This document shows positions 53,788 to 64,000 of a stretch of DNA of 64,000 bases, one piece after another; position 1 is the stretch's first letter; each line of letters starts with the position of its first letter. This stretch comes from an uncultured Lachnospiraceae bacterium. GTDB lineage: Bacteria > Bacillota > Clostridia > Lachnospirales > Lachnospiraceae. The notes beneath the pieces were generated by a model, which worked only from the letters and a program-made list of their open reading frames with translations, was not told the DNA's origin and did not search any database. A program made the position numbers and the translations under genes. The stretch spans positions 5,411 to 69,410 of the forward strand of contig CALWLI010000019.1 of NCBI GenBank assembly GCA_944381485.1, written 5' to 3'.

Positions 53788-56700
53788 ATGGCAAAGAGAA
53801 CAGACATTAAAAAGGTTTTGGTAATAGGCTCAGGTCCTATTGTAATAGGTCAGGCGGCGGAGTTTGACTACGCCGGAACTCAGGCGTGCCTTGCCTTGAA
53901 GGAGGAGGGTTATGAGGTGGTGCTCATCAACTCAAACCCTGCTACAGTAATGACAGACACAAAGATAGCGGATAAGGTATACATGGAACCCCTTACTTTG
54001 GAGTATGTGGCAAAGATAATAAGAAAAGAGAGACCTGACGCGGTGGTTCCCGGTCTGGGCGGACAGACAGGACTTAACATGGCTGTTCAGCTTGCAAAGA
54101 AGGGAATACTTAAAGAGTGCCAGGTGGAGATACTTGGAACAAGCTTTGAGTCGATAGAGAAGGCTGAGGACAGAGAGCTTTTCAAGGAACTCTGTGAGGA
54201 GCTGGGAGAGCCCGTAATTCAGTCCGAGATAGCCACAAACATGGATGAGGGTAGGAAGGCTGCTGCAGATATAGGCTTCCCCGTTGTTCTTCGCCCCGCT
54301 TTTACTCTGGGAGGAACCGGCGGAGGATTTGCCGACAATGCCGAGGAATTTGACATTATGCTTGAGAATGCCTTGAGGCTCTCACCTGTACACCAGGTTC
54401 TTATTGAGAAGAGCGTAAAGGGCTACAAGGAGATAGAGTTCGAGGTCATGAGGGATACAGCGGACAATGCCATAGCTGTCTGTGATATGGAAAATATTGA
54501 CCCCGTTGGAATCCACACAGGAGACTCCATGGTAGTTGCTCCCTGCAAGACCGTGTCCAAGGCAGACTATGACATGCTCAAAAAGTCAGCCTTAAAGATA
54601 ATAAGAGCTCTCAAGATAGAGGGAGGCTGCAATGTCCAGTTTGCTTTAAATCCGAACTCATCTGAGTACTTCCTTATAGAGATAAACCCCAGAGTTTCAC
54701 GTTCATCAGCTCTTGCGTCAAAGGCTACAGCTTATCCCATAGCTAAGATCACCGCAAAGGTTGCTCTGGGACTTACCCTTGATGAGATAAAGATAGGAGA
54801 TACTAATGCTCTCTATGAGCCCTCTGTGGATTATACTGTTGTAAAGCTTCCCAGATTCCCCTTCGACAAGTTCACCAGTGCTTCCAACAGACTCTCAACT
54901 CAGATGAAGGCTACAGGAGAGGTGATGAGTATCGGAAGAAGCATGGAGGAGAGCTTCATGAAGGGCGTGAGAGGCCTGGAGATCGGAGTAAACCACCTCT
55001 ATGAAAAGAAATTCGACAGCTTCTCTATAGAAGAGCTTGAAAAATATACAGAGGAGTGCCGTGACGACAGACTTTTTGCCATAGCTGAGCTCATAAGAAG
55101 AGGCGTATCCTTAGACAGGATATTCGACATCACAAAGATCACTCGCTACTTCCTTGAGACCATAAAGAATGTGGTTGATTACGAGAATGTCATAAAAGAA
55201 AATGTCAACGACAAGGAAGTGCTTAAGAAGGCGAAGGAGCTTGGAATAAGCGACTCCTATATAGCCTCCTGCTGGGGAACAGACGAGCTCTCCGTATATC
55301 GCATGAGAGAGGACATGAATGAGTTCCCTGTTTACAGGATAGTGGACACATATCCCTATGAGCACAAGGAGAAGCTTGCTTACCTCTACTCCACATATAA
55401 TAAGGACAGCAAGAACGAGTCTGTTGTCTCAGACAGAAAGAAGATAGTTGTTATAGGCTCAGGCCCTATACGTATAGGTCAGGGTGTAGAGTTCGACTAC
55501 TCCACAGTACATGCTATCTGGGCCATAAAGGAGGCCGGATATGAGGCCATAATCATCAACAATAATCCCGAGACTGTCTCCACAGACTATACCATCTCTG
55601 ACAAGCTCTATTTTGAGCCCCTGACAGTCGAGGATGTAATGAACGTTATACATCTTGAGAACCCGGACGGAGTCATAGTTACCCTCGGAGGCCAGACAGC
55701 CATAAACCTTGCGGACAGGCTCAACAAGCTGGGAGTAAATATAGTAGGTACGGATGTCGAGGCCATAGACAGAGCTGAGGACAGAGACCTTTTTGAGAAG
55801 CTTTTGGAGAAGCTTGAGATACCTCAGCCCACAGGACAGGCTGTGACGGATGTTGAGGCAGGAGTAAAGGTGGCAGAGAGGATAGGCTACCCTGTTCTGG
55901 TTCGTCCCTCCTTTGTCCTCGGCGGAAGGGCAATGCAGATAGTTTATAATCCTGACGAGCTCAGGCAGTACTTTAAGAAGGCGATAATAGCTTCAGAGGA
56001 TCATCCTGTACTTGTCGACAAGTATATTTCAGGAAAAGAGCTGGAAGTGGATGCTATCTGCGACGGAGAGACAGTGCTCATCCCCGGAATAATGCAGCAT
56101 ATAGAGCGCACAGGTGTTCACAGCGGAGACTCCATAAGCGTATTCCCCGCTTACAGCATAAGCGATAAGTCAAGAGAGACTATTATCGACTATACAAGAA
56201 AACTGGGACTTGGAATAGGAATAAAGGGACTTTACAATATACAGTTTATCGTGGACAAGAATGACGATGTGTATATCATAGAGGTAAACCCCCGCTCATC
56301 AAGGACAGTGCCCTTCATAAGCAAGGCAACCAATATACCCATGGCCAACATTGCCACAAAGGTTGCTCTCGGATACAGCATAAAGGAGCAGGGATACGAG
56401 GACGGAATAGCAAAGGAACCCGGACGCTACTATGTAAAGTGCCCTGTATTCTCCTTCTCAAAGCTCAGAGGAGCGGACACAGTCCTCTCTCCCGAGATGA
56501 AGTCCACAGGAGAGGCAATAGGATATGACAAGGACCTCAACCGTGCACTCTACAAGGCTATGCAGGCTGCAGGAACAAAGGTAAAGAATTACGGAACCGT
56601 TTTTGTGACAGTAGCCGACAAGGACAAGGAGGATGTGCTTCCTATAATAAGAAGATTCTACAATATAGGATTTAATATAGAGGCGACAAAGGGAACAGCA

Positions 56701-56982
56701 GAGTTCCTCAAGGAGCACGGAATAAGGACCAGGATCAAGAAAAAACTCTCCGAGGGAAGCGAGGAGATACTTGACAGCCTGAGACAGGGATACATCACTT
56801 ATGTGATAAATACTGTCAAGCCCGGAAATGACAGCGCGGAGAGGACAGACGGCTTCATGATAAGAAGAGTCGCAGTTGAGAACGGAATCACAGAGTTCAC
56901 CTCTCTCGATACTGTAAGTGCACTCCTCAACGTTCTGGAGGAGATCACCATGAGCGTATCTACCATAGATGCGGTAGAATAA
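53788..56982 (+). CDS. carB: carbamoyl-phosphate synthase large subunit
   Basis: 1064 aa. Duplicated ATP-grasp halves ([24 protein letters not shown] and [23 protein letters not shown]) and a C-terminal MGS-like domain. Confidence 0.97.
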   Translation: MAKRTDIKKVLVIGSGPIVIGQAAEFDYAGTQACLALKEEGYEVVLINSNPATVMTDTKIADKVYMEPLTLEYVAKIIRKERPDAVVPGLGGQTGLNMAVQLAKKGILKECQVEILGTSFESIEKAEDRELFKELCEELGEPVIQSEIATNMDEGRKAAADIGFPVVLRPAFTLGGTGGGFADNAEEFDIMLENALRLSPVHQVLIEKSVKGYKEIEFEVMRDTADNAIAVCDMENIDPVGIHTGDSMVVAPCKTVSKADYDMLKKSALKIIRALKIEGGCNVQFALNPNSSEYFLIEINPRVSRSSALASKATAYPIAKITAKVALGLTLDEIKIGDTNALYEPSVDYTVVKLPRFPFDKFTSASNRLSTQMKATGEVMSIGRSMEESFMKGVRGLEIGVNHLYEKKFDSFSIEELEKYTEECRDDRLFAIAELIRRGVSLDRIFDITKITRYFLETIKNVVDYENVIKENVNDKEVLKKAKELGISDSYIASCWGTDELSVYRMREDMNEFPVYRIVDTYPYEHKEKLAYLYSTYNKDSKNESVVSDRKKIVVIGSGPIRIGQGVEFDYSTVHAIWAIKEAGYEAIIINNNPETVSTDYTISDKLYFEPLTVEDVMNVIHLENPDGVIVTLGGQTAINLADRLNKLGVNIVGTDVEAIDRAEDRDLFEKLLEKLEIPQPTGQAVTDVEAGVKVAERIGYPVLVRPSFVLGGRAMQIVYNPDELRQYFKKAIIASEDHPVLVDKYISGKELEVDAICDGETVLIPGIMQHIERTGVHSGDSISVFPAYSISDKSRETIIDYTRKLGLGIGIKGLYNIQFIVDKNDDVYIIEVNPRSSRTVPFISKATNIPMANIATKVALGYSIKEQGYEDGIAKEPGRYYVKCPVFSFSKLRGADTVLSPEMKSTGEAIGYDKDLNRALYKAMQAAGTKVKNYGTVFVTVADKDKEDVLPIIRRFYNIGFNIEATKGTAEFLKEHGIRTRIKKKLSEGSEEILDSLRQGYITYVINTVKPGNDSAERTDGFMIRRVAVENGITEFTSLDTVSALLNVLEEITMSVSTIDAVE

Positions 56983-57001
56983 TTTAACAGGTCTATACAG
57001 C

Positions 57002-57052
57002 AAGCTGCCACAGCTGCGGCCCTAAGGGGCCAAAACTGCGGCAGCTTTTTTG
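57002..57052 (+). terminator. intrinsic terminator of carB
   Basis: AAGCTGCC (57002-57009) pairs with GGCAGCTT (57040-57047). Inner GGCCC/GGGGCC helix, followed by TTTTTG. Confidence 0.7.
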
Positions 57053-57086
57053 ATTAAATTCTTTGAAGCCTTCGATCAAATAAAAA

Positions 57087-57115
57087 TTGACTGTATCGTC
57101 ATAAGGCATTAGAAT
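57087..57115 (+). promoter_or_regulatory. putative sigma-A promoter
   Basis: TTGACT 57087-57092, 17-nt spacer, TAGAAT 57110-57115. Confidence 0.5.
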
Positions 57116-57163
57116 TTAACATAGATATACCGACAAAAACAAACTTTTTAAGGAGACATGGAT

Positions 57164-57892
57164 ATGAGAAAACCCAGAATAGGAATAGTTGCAAATATGC
57201 TTGCCTCTGACGGAAATCCGCTGTCAGGGATGTACAGGGCTTCCATAAATAATTACTATGTAGTGAGCTTGGAGAAGGCGGGGTGCATACCCTTGATGCT
57301 TCCTGTAATACTGACAAAGGAGGATGTGGGAGAGCAGATAGAAGGTCTTGACGGGATAGTGCTTTCAGGCGGATATGATGTGGACCCCACCCTCTATGGG
57401 GAGCAGCCTCTTCCCTGCCAGGGCTTTACCCTGAGAGAGGTGGACGAGTACAATATTCAGGTGATTTTGGAGGCGGACAAGAAGGGCATACCGGTTATGG
57501 GAATATGCAAGGGCATACAGGTAATGAATGTAGCCTTCGGAGGCACACTTTATCAGGATATAGAAAAGCAGAAGGAGGGCAGCCTCAAGCATGTACAGGA
57601 GGCCCCGGGATACAATCCGTCCCACTATGTAAGCGTAGAGAAGGGAAGCTTTTTGGATGGCGTGCTTCCGGAGAGAGCCTTGGTCAATTCCTTCCACCAT
57701 CAGTGCGTGAAGGACACGGCAAAGGGCTTTAAGATCATTGCAAAGGCCGACGACGGAGTGCCTGAGAGCATAGAGAAGACCGAGGGGACCTTTATGCTGG
57801 GAGTCCAGTGGCATCCTGAAATGATGGCGCCCTTTGGCAATGCTCAGATGACAGAGCTTTTCAAAAAGTTTATACTTAAATGCGGGGAATGA
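57164..57892 (+). CDS. class I glutamine amidotransferase-like, peptidase C26 (gamma-glutamyl-GABA hydrolase/PuuD-like)
   Basis: GIVLSGGYDVDP, nucleophile elbow GICKGIQVMNVAFGG, SFHHQ and QWHPE. ATG 57164 lies 8 nt after AGGAG. Confidence 0.85.
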   Translation: MRKPRIGIVANMLASDGNPLSGMYRASINNYYVVSLEKAGCIPLMLPVILTKEDVGEQIEGLDGIVLSGGYDVDPTLYGEQPLPCQGFTLREVDEYNIQVILEADKKGIPVMGICKGIQVMNVAFGGTLYQDIEKQKEGSLKHVQEAPGYNPSHYVSVEKGSFLDGVLPERALVNSFHHQCVKDTAKGFKIIAKADDGVPESIEKTEGTFMLGVQWHPEMMAPFGNAQMTELFKKFILKCGE

Positions 57893-57980
57893 TCTTTCGG
57901 GTAGTGTAAGCTGTTGGGATAATATGCACAGGTTTAAGCTGTGCAATTATAAATATTTATCTGTGAAAAGGAGAGAGAAA

Positions 57981-58502
57981 ATGGATAAGAGAGTGTTTTG
58001 GGATTTATCCTACGGGGTCTATATTACAACAACCATGGACAAGGAGAGGCCTACAGGCTGTGTGACCAACTCGGCGATGCAGATAACCTCTGAGCCTGCA
58101 ACCATGGCTGTCAGCGTAAACCATGACAACTACACCAACAAGTGCATAGCCGAGTCAGGAAAATTTGCCGTATGCATATGCAGCGAAAAAACTCAGCCTC
58201 TCACTATCGGAACCTTCGGATTCCGCTCGGGAAGAGACAGCGACAAGTTTGAGGACATAGCTTATGAGATGAAGGAGGGGCTTCCCATAGTAAGGGACAA
58301 TATAAACGGATATGTTGTCTGCGAGGTGATAAAAACTATGGAGACTGAGACCCATACGGTATTTCTCGGCAAGGTCATTGAGTCGGAGAGATATGACTGC
58401 AAAGCAAAGCCCATGACCTACGCCTACTATCACGATGTTATAAAGGGAAGGGCACCCAAGAACGCGCCCACATATCTGGACCCTGAAAAGGTAAAGGATT
58501 GA
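57981..58502 (+). CDS. flavin reductase-like (FMN-binding split-barrel) protein
   Basis: 173 aa after AAAGGAGAG. YGVYITTTMDKERPTGCVTNSAMQITSEP...HTVFLGKV is typical of the flavin reductase / flavoredoxin domain. Confidence 0.8.
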   Translation: MDKRVFWDLSYGVYITTTMDKERPTGCVTNSAMQITSEPATMAVSVNHDNYTNKCIAESGKFAVCICSEKTQPLTIGTFGFRSGRDSDKFEDIAYEMKEGLPIVRDNINGYVVCEVIKTMETETHTVFLGKVIESERYDCKAKPMTYAYYHDVIKGRAPKNAPTYLDPEKVKD

Positions 58503-58546
58503 CAAAGGTTTCTTAAGATCGAGGAGAAAGAAAGGGGGAATACTCG

Positions 58547-59797
58547 ATGAACAAGGCAGACAGAAGATTTATGGAGGAGGGTATAAAGACACTTCATACC
58601 TTCAACAGCACACCGGATCAGCCGGGAAACACCAGATATATATTTACAGATGCCGATATGAAGGCCAGAGAATATCTGAAATCACTTATAGAGGAGGCCG
58701 GCCTTGAGCTTTATGAGGACGGCATAGGAAATATATTCGGAGTCCTGAGAGGAGAAGACAGGAGCCTTGCTCCGGTATGGACGGGTTCACACTTCGACAC
58801 TGTTATAAACGGTGGCATGTACGACGGCGTAGTGGGAAGCCTCGGCGCCATAGAAAGCCTTAAGCTCATAAAGGAGTCCGGAGAAAAGCACCTGAGGGAT
58901 ATAGTTGCTGTGCTTTTTACCTCAGAGGAGTCAGGCCGCTATGGCATAGGCTGTCTCGGAAGCCATTTCATCACAGGTGAGTTGGGCTTTGAGGATACAA
59001 AGAGAATAAAAGACGACGAGGGCATAAGTCTCTACGACACCATGACATCAAGGGGTTACGGGAAAGACTTTGAAAAGATAGCAAAGAAGAAGGGCGACAT
59101 ATTTGCCTTCCTTGAGCTTCACATAGAGCAGGGGCCTATCCTTGAAAAGCAGGGTATACCCATAGGAATAGTCACCGGAATAACCGCACCCAGCTATATA
59201 TCGGTCAGCATAAAGGGAGAGCAGAGGCATGCAGGGTCTACGCCCATGAATGCCAGAAAGGACAGCATGTGTGCCTTCGCAGAGATAGTTTTGGAGCTTG
59301 AAGCCTATGCTAAATCTCTGGGACACCCGAACTTCTGTGCCACTGTCGGCAAGGTGAATGTAAGCCCCAACGCGTCAAACGTCATCCCCGGAGAAGTGAG
59401 ATTTACCATAGACCTGAGAGGAATAGAGGCTGAGCCCAAGGATAAAATGACTGAGAACATTATAAAGTTCTTCGACTATCTTGAGGCCAAGAGGGGAGTA
59501 AAGATAGAATACCATATAGATGCCAACGACAAGCCTATGTTTTCAGACGAGAAGCTTGTGGACCTTGTGGAGGGAGTATGCCTTGACAAAAAGCTGCCCT
59601 ACCTTAAGATGAACAGCGGAGCTTATCATGACTCTCTGATGATGGCAAAGCTCTGCCCTATGGCCATGGTATTTGTGCCCAGCCGCGACGGAATAAGCCA
59701 TGACCCTGGAGAGTATACCTCCATGGAGGAGATACTTGAGGGAGTGGATGTGCTCTGCGAGAGCGTGCTGAGAGCGGCGAACCTTAAGAAACTTTGA
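58547..59797 (+). CDS. M20-family amidase of the hydantoinase/carbamoylase type (N-carbamoyl-amino-acid / allantoate / beta-ureidopropionate amidohydrolase-like)
   Basis: 416 aa. GIGNIFGVLRG, TGSHFDTVINGGMYDGVVG, FTSEESGRYG, ELHIEQGPILE, AYHDS. Confidence 0.85.
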   Translation: MNKADRRFMEEGIKTLHTFNSTPDQPGNTRYIFTDADMKAREYLKSLIEEAGLELYEDGIGNIFGVLRGEDRSLAPVWTGSHFDTVINGGMYDGVVGSLGAIESLKLIKESGEKHLRDIVAVLFTSEESGRYGIGCLGSHFITGELGFEDTKRIKDDEGISLYDTMTSRGYGKDFEKIAKKKGDIFAFLELHIEQGPILEKQGIPIGIVTGITAPSYISVSIKGEQRHAGSTPMNARKDSMCAFAEIVLELEAYAKSLGHPNFCATVGKVNVSPNASNVIPGEVRFTIDLRGIEAEPKDKMTENIIKFFDYLEAKRGVKIEYHIDANDKPMFSDEKLVDLVEGVCLDKKLPYLKMNSGAYHDSLMMAKLCPMAMVFVPSRDGISHDPGEYTSMEEILEGVDVLCESVLRAANLKKL

Positions 59798-59838
59798 TTT
59801 TACCGGACAGTATTTAAATTGTTTAAAGAGGAGACATA

Positions 59839-60396
59839 ATGCTTATACTTGCATCAGGTTCCCCCAGAAGGAGGGAACTCATAGAAAAGCTGCACATCCC
59901 CTACATGGTGGAGGTGTCGGGAAACGAGGAGCTTATTCCCGAGGGGATGAGTCCGGAAAAGCTCCCTGAGTATCTTTCAGGGGAGAAGGCCAAGGCTGTG
60001 TTTGAAAAGCACAGAGGTGACACAGTCATAGGAGCGGACACCATAGTCCTCTACGCAGGTAAGATACTGGGAAAGCCTTCAGATAAGGAGGAGGCTAAAA
60101 GTATGCTGAGGCTCCTCTCAGGGAGGAAGCATGAGGTCATAACCGGAGTGAGCATAATCTCGGAGAAAAAAAGCCTGAGCTTTTCTGAGTCCTGTGAAGT
60201 CGAGTTCTACGAGCTCTCAGATGAGGAGATAGATGCCTATATCGCCACAGGAGAGCCCATGGACAAGGCCGGAGCCTACGGTATCCAGGGAGACGGTGCT
60301 CTCTTGGTGAAGGCCATACACGGAGATTACTATACGGTAATGGGACTTCCCATAGCCGAGCTTTCAAGGAAGCTGAAGGGATTTGTTATCTTATAG
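59839..60396 (+). CDS. maf: Maf-family nucleoside triphosphate pyrophosphatase
   Basis: MLILASGSPRRRELIEKL, GADTIV, KAGAYGIQG. Confidence 0.92.
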   Translation: MLILASGSPRRRELIEKLHIPYMVEVSGNEELIPEGMSPEKLPEYLSGEKAKAVFEKHRGDTVIGADTIVLYAGKILGKPSDKEEAKSMLRLLSGRKHEVITGVSIISEKKSLSFSESCEVEFYELSDEEIDAYIATGEPMDKAGAYGIQGDGALLVKAIHGDYYTVMGLPIAELSRKLKGFVIL

Positions 60397-60441
60397 GATA
60401 ACTTTTAATAAACAGATGACAATAAGGAGGTAGGTAAAAAT

Positions 60442-61836
60442 ATGCCGAAGAGATCAAGCGGAAAGACTCAGGAGAAGGAATTGACCTTTTCCTTTAAGAA
60501 CATAGGTAAGGAGGCTCCCGAGAAGCTTAAGGATGCAGCCAAATTCTGTGAGGGCTATAAGACTTATCTTGACAAGGGAAAGACAGAGAGGGAGTGTGTA
60601 GCTTACACGGAAAAGCTCTTGAAGGATGCAGGCTACAGAGCCTTTGAGCCTGATATGAGCCTTTCCGAGGGGGATAAGATATATTTCATAAACAGGGGAA
60701 AGGCCATAATAGCCTCCACCATAGGAAAGAGGGATATATCAGAGGGCGTCAGATTCAATATAGCCCACATAGACTCCCCCAGGCTTGACTTAAAGCCCAA
60801 CCCTCTCTATGAGAAGGAGGAGATCGCCTATTTTAAGACCCACTACTACGGAGGCATAAGAAAGTATCAGTGGGCTACCGTACCTCTCAGCATGCACGGT
60901 GTAGTCTACCTCAAGAACGGAGAAAAGGTAGAGCTTGCTGTGGGTGAGGGAGAGAAGGATACAAGATTCGCCATAACAGACCTTCTGCCTCATCTGTCGG
61001 CAAAGCAGAATGAGCGCCCCTTAAAGGACGGCATAAAGGGAGAGGAACTGAATATCGTTGTAGGCTCACTTCCCTTTGAGGGTGAGGATGTAAAGAACGC
61101 CTATAAGCTGATGGCACTGAAATTCATGAACGAAGAGTATGGCATAACAGAGGCGGACTTTATGAGAGCCGAGATCGAGATGGTGCCTTCTGTCAAGGCC
61201 ACGGATATAGGCTTTGACCGTTCTATGATAGGAGCATACGGTCAGGATGACAGAGTTTGCGCATATACTGCTATTATGGCAGAAATAAAAACGAAATCCC
61301 CTGAACATACGACTGTAACAGTATTAACTGACAAAGAAGAGATAGGTTCACAGGGCAATACAGGAATGGCCTCAGAGTTCCTTCATCATTTTATGGAGGA
61401 TCTTGCGGATATCTTCGGAGTAAAGGTGAGAAATATATACAGGAGATCCATCTGCCTCTCAAGCGATGTAAACGCGGCCTATGACCCTACCTTCCCGGAT
61501 GTCTTTGAGCCCGGAAACGCAAGCTACATAAACCACGGACCGGTACTCACAAAGTACACAGGAGCCAGAGGAAAATCAGGAAGCAATGACGCGTCAGCCG
61601 AGACCATGGCCGCAGTAATAAAGATCATGGATGACAACAAGGTCTACTGGCAAATAGGTGAGCTGGGCAAGGTAGATGAGGGCGGCGGAGGAACCATAGC
61701 CCTTTTCATGGGAGACAAGGATGTGGATACGGTGGATCTGGGAGTTCCGGTTTTGGCTATGCATGCTCCCTTTGAGATAACATCGAAGCTGGACGTATTC
61801 TATACCTACAAGGCATTTAAGGCATTTTATAAATAA
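60442..61836 (+). CDS. M18-family aminopeptidase (aminopeptidase 1 type)
   Basis: 464 aa. IAHIDSPRLDLKPNP, YGQDDRVCAY, TDKEEIGSQG, MHAPFE. Confidence 0.85.
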   Translation: MPKRSSGKTQEKELTFSFKNIGKEAPEKLKDAAKFCEGYKTYLDKGKTERECVAYTEKLLKDAGYRAFEPDMSLSEGDKIYFINRGKAIIASTIGKRDISEGVRFNIAHIDSPRLDLKPNPLYEKEEIAYFKTHYYGGIRKYQWATVPLSMHGVVYLKNGEKVELAVGEGEKDTRFAITDLLPHLSAKQNERPLKDGIKGEELNIVVGSLPFEGEDVKNAYKLMALKFMNEEYGITEADFMRAEIEMVPSVKATDIGFDRSMIGAYGQDDRVCAYTAIMAEIKTKSPEHTTVTVLTDKEEIGSQGNTGMASEFLHHFMEDLADIFGVKVRNIYRRSICLSSDVNAAYDPTFPDVFEPGNASYINHGPVLTKYTGARGKSGSNDASAETMAAVIKIMDDNKVYWQIGELGKVDEGGGGTIALFMGDKDVDTVDLGVPVLAMHAPFEITSKLDVFYTYKAFKAFYK

Positions 61837-61865
61837 AATACAAGTCTGACATAATCAATATCTAT

Positions 61866-61910
61866 AGCGGGATTGCTGCATGTATTTATGCGGGGTCCCG
61901 CTTAAATTTT
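61866..61910 (+). terminator. possible weak terminator
   Basis: AGCGGGA (61866-61872) pairs with TCCCGCT (61896-61902), followed by TAAATTTT. The U-tract is poor. Confidence 0.3.
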
Positions 61911-61912
61911 AC

Positions 61913-61941
61913 TTGCACACTTTAATACGGTAATATATAAT
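61913..61941 (+). promoter_or_regulatory. putative sigma-A promoter of gdhA
   Basis: TTGCAC 61913-61918, 17-nt spacer, TATAAT 61936-61941. Confidence 0.5.
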
Positions 61942-61997
61942 ATGAAAATCTGATGCATATATTTGTATTTCACAGAGAGAATCAAAGGAAACAATAA

Positions 61998-63344
<1,347 letters not shown>

Positions 63345-63373
63345 AAGCTTATTCATTCCCGAAAAAAAGCGCT

Positions 63374-63418
63374 CGCAGGAGAACCCGGAAAACGGGGATA
63401 CTCCTGCGGGTATTTTTG
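63374..63418 (+). terminator. intrinsic terminator of gdhA
   Basis: CGCAGGAG (63374-63381) pairs with CTCCTGCG (63401-63408), followed by GGTATTTTTG. Confidence 0.7.
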
Positions 63419-63535
63419 AATATTTATAGTTAAATCATTAAAAAATATTTTATATAATATTTAATTTCATTATGATATACTTTAATTGGTTTTATAGGCG
63501 GCAATTTCAAGAACAGATCATCAGGGAGGTGCGGT

Positions 63536-64000
63536 TTGGCGATTAAAAATATTGTTTTTGACATGGGAAATGTGCTGATAGACTACGACGCAAGGCGAGT
63601 GATTGATGCCCTTGGGACCTGTGAGGAGGATAAGAGAGAAGTTTATTCCTGTCTTTTTGACTCCTATGCGTGGGTGCATACGGACCTGGGTATACTTTCA
63701 GAGGAGGAGATATTGGCTAAAGCCCTTAAAGACATAAAGAGTGAGAGTGCTGCAAAGCTGTGCAGGGAGGCATACAGGGCTTGGCCGAAGTACAATCTCA
63801 CAGCTAAGCCTGATATGGAAGAGCTGTGCCTTAAGCTTAAGGACAGGGGAATGAAGCTTTATATACTCTCCAATGCGGCGTCGGTATGCAGGGAGGCTCT
63901 GAGAGAAATACTGGGCTGCTACAATGACTTTTCCGGCATGGCTTTTTCCGCCGAGTTGCATTGCATAAAGCCTCAAAGCTTTATATATGAAAAGTTTTTT
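63536..64000 (+). CDS. HAD-superfamily hydrolase (subfamily IA-like), 3'-truncated by the window edge
   Basis: Not in the ORF track because it has no stop in the window. AGGGAGG at 63523-63529, TTG at 63536. Encodes (M)AIKNIVFDMGNVLIDYD... (motif I DxG-type)...LYILSNA (motif II). The frame stays open to position 64000. Confidence 0.7.
   Translation, partial: MAIKNIVFDMGNVLIDYDARRVIDALGTCEEDKREVYSCLFDSYAWVHTDLGILSEEEILAKALKDIKSESAAKLCREAYRAWPKYNLTAKPDMEELCLKLKDRGMKLYILSNAASVCREALREILGCYNDFSGMAFSAELHCIKPQSFIYEKFF

Overview
This 64-kb window looks like a Firmicutes chromosome, probably Clostridia and Lachnospiraceae-like (inferred from gene content and protein sequences only). I call about 54 protein-coding genes. 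I recognised no rRNA, tRNA, CRISPR array, IS element, integrase or phage gene. Most of the window is core metabolism and housekeeping. In order: deoC, divergent from a LacI-regulated ribose-type operon (regulator, rbsK, RbsD/FucU, binding protein, ATPase, permease); pckA; a lipoprotein and a LysM-containing 5'-nucleotidase; a group-B-like [FeFe] hydrogenase; a DUF1846-HAD pair; ftsH; a D-Ala-D-Ala carboxypeptidase; queA; a pseudouridine synthase; ligA; asnA; a GH-like secreted protein; glyQS; a two-component system; ppdK; eno; ldh; a zinc secondary-alcohol dehydrogenase, PucR regulator and aldehyde dehydrogenase; carB; a C26 amidotransferase; a flavin reductase; an M20 carbamoylase; maf; an M18 aminopeptidase; gdhA; and a partial HAD gene at the right edge. 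Six regions deserve a second look. (1) An operon headed by an in-frame ArsR-sensor::COG0523-GTPase fusion, followed by a CxxC thioredoxin-fold protein and a COG0701 permease (18.1-20.6 kb). (2) A second COG0523 GTPase translationally coupled to a Zn-dependent secondary alcohol dehydrogenase, next to a PucR regulator and an aldehyde dehydrogenase (44.3-49.5 kb). (3) A 50-codon CxxC microprotein missing from the ORF track, sitting upstream of a membrane polyferredoxin (43.2-44.3 kb). (4) A low-GC island carrying an NMT1-type ABC importer with a Cys-rich DUF169 gene embedded between the ATPase and permease genes (49.6-53.6 kb). (5) A carB leader in which a 31-codon uORF stops exactly on the 5' arm of an intrinsic terminator. 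(6) A compositionally mosaic left edge. All functional calls rest on motifs read by eye from the translations and on remembered family features. No database search was run.
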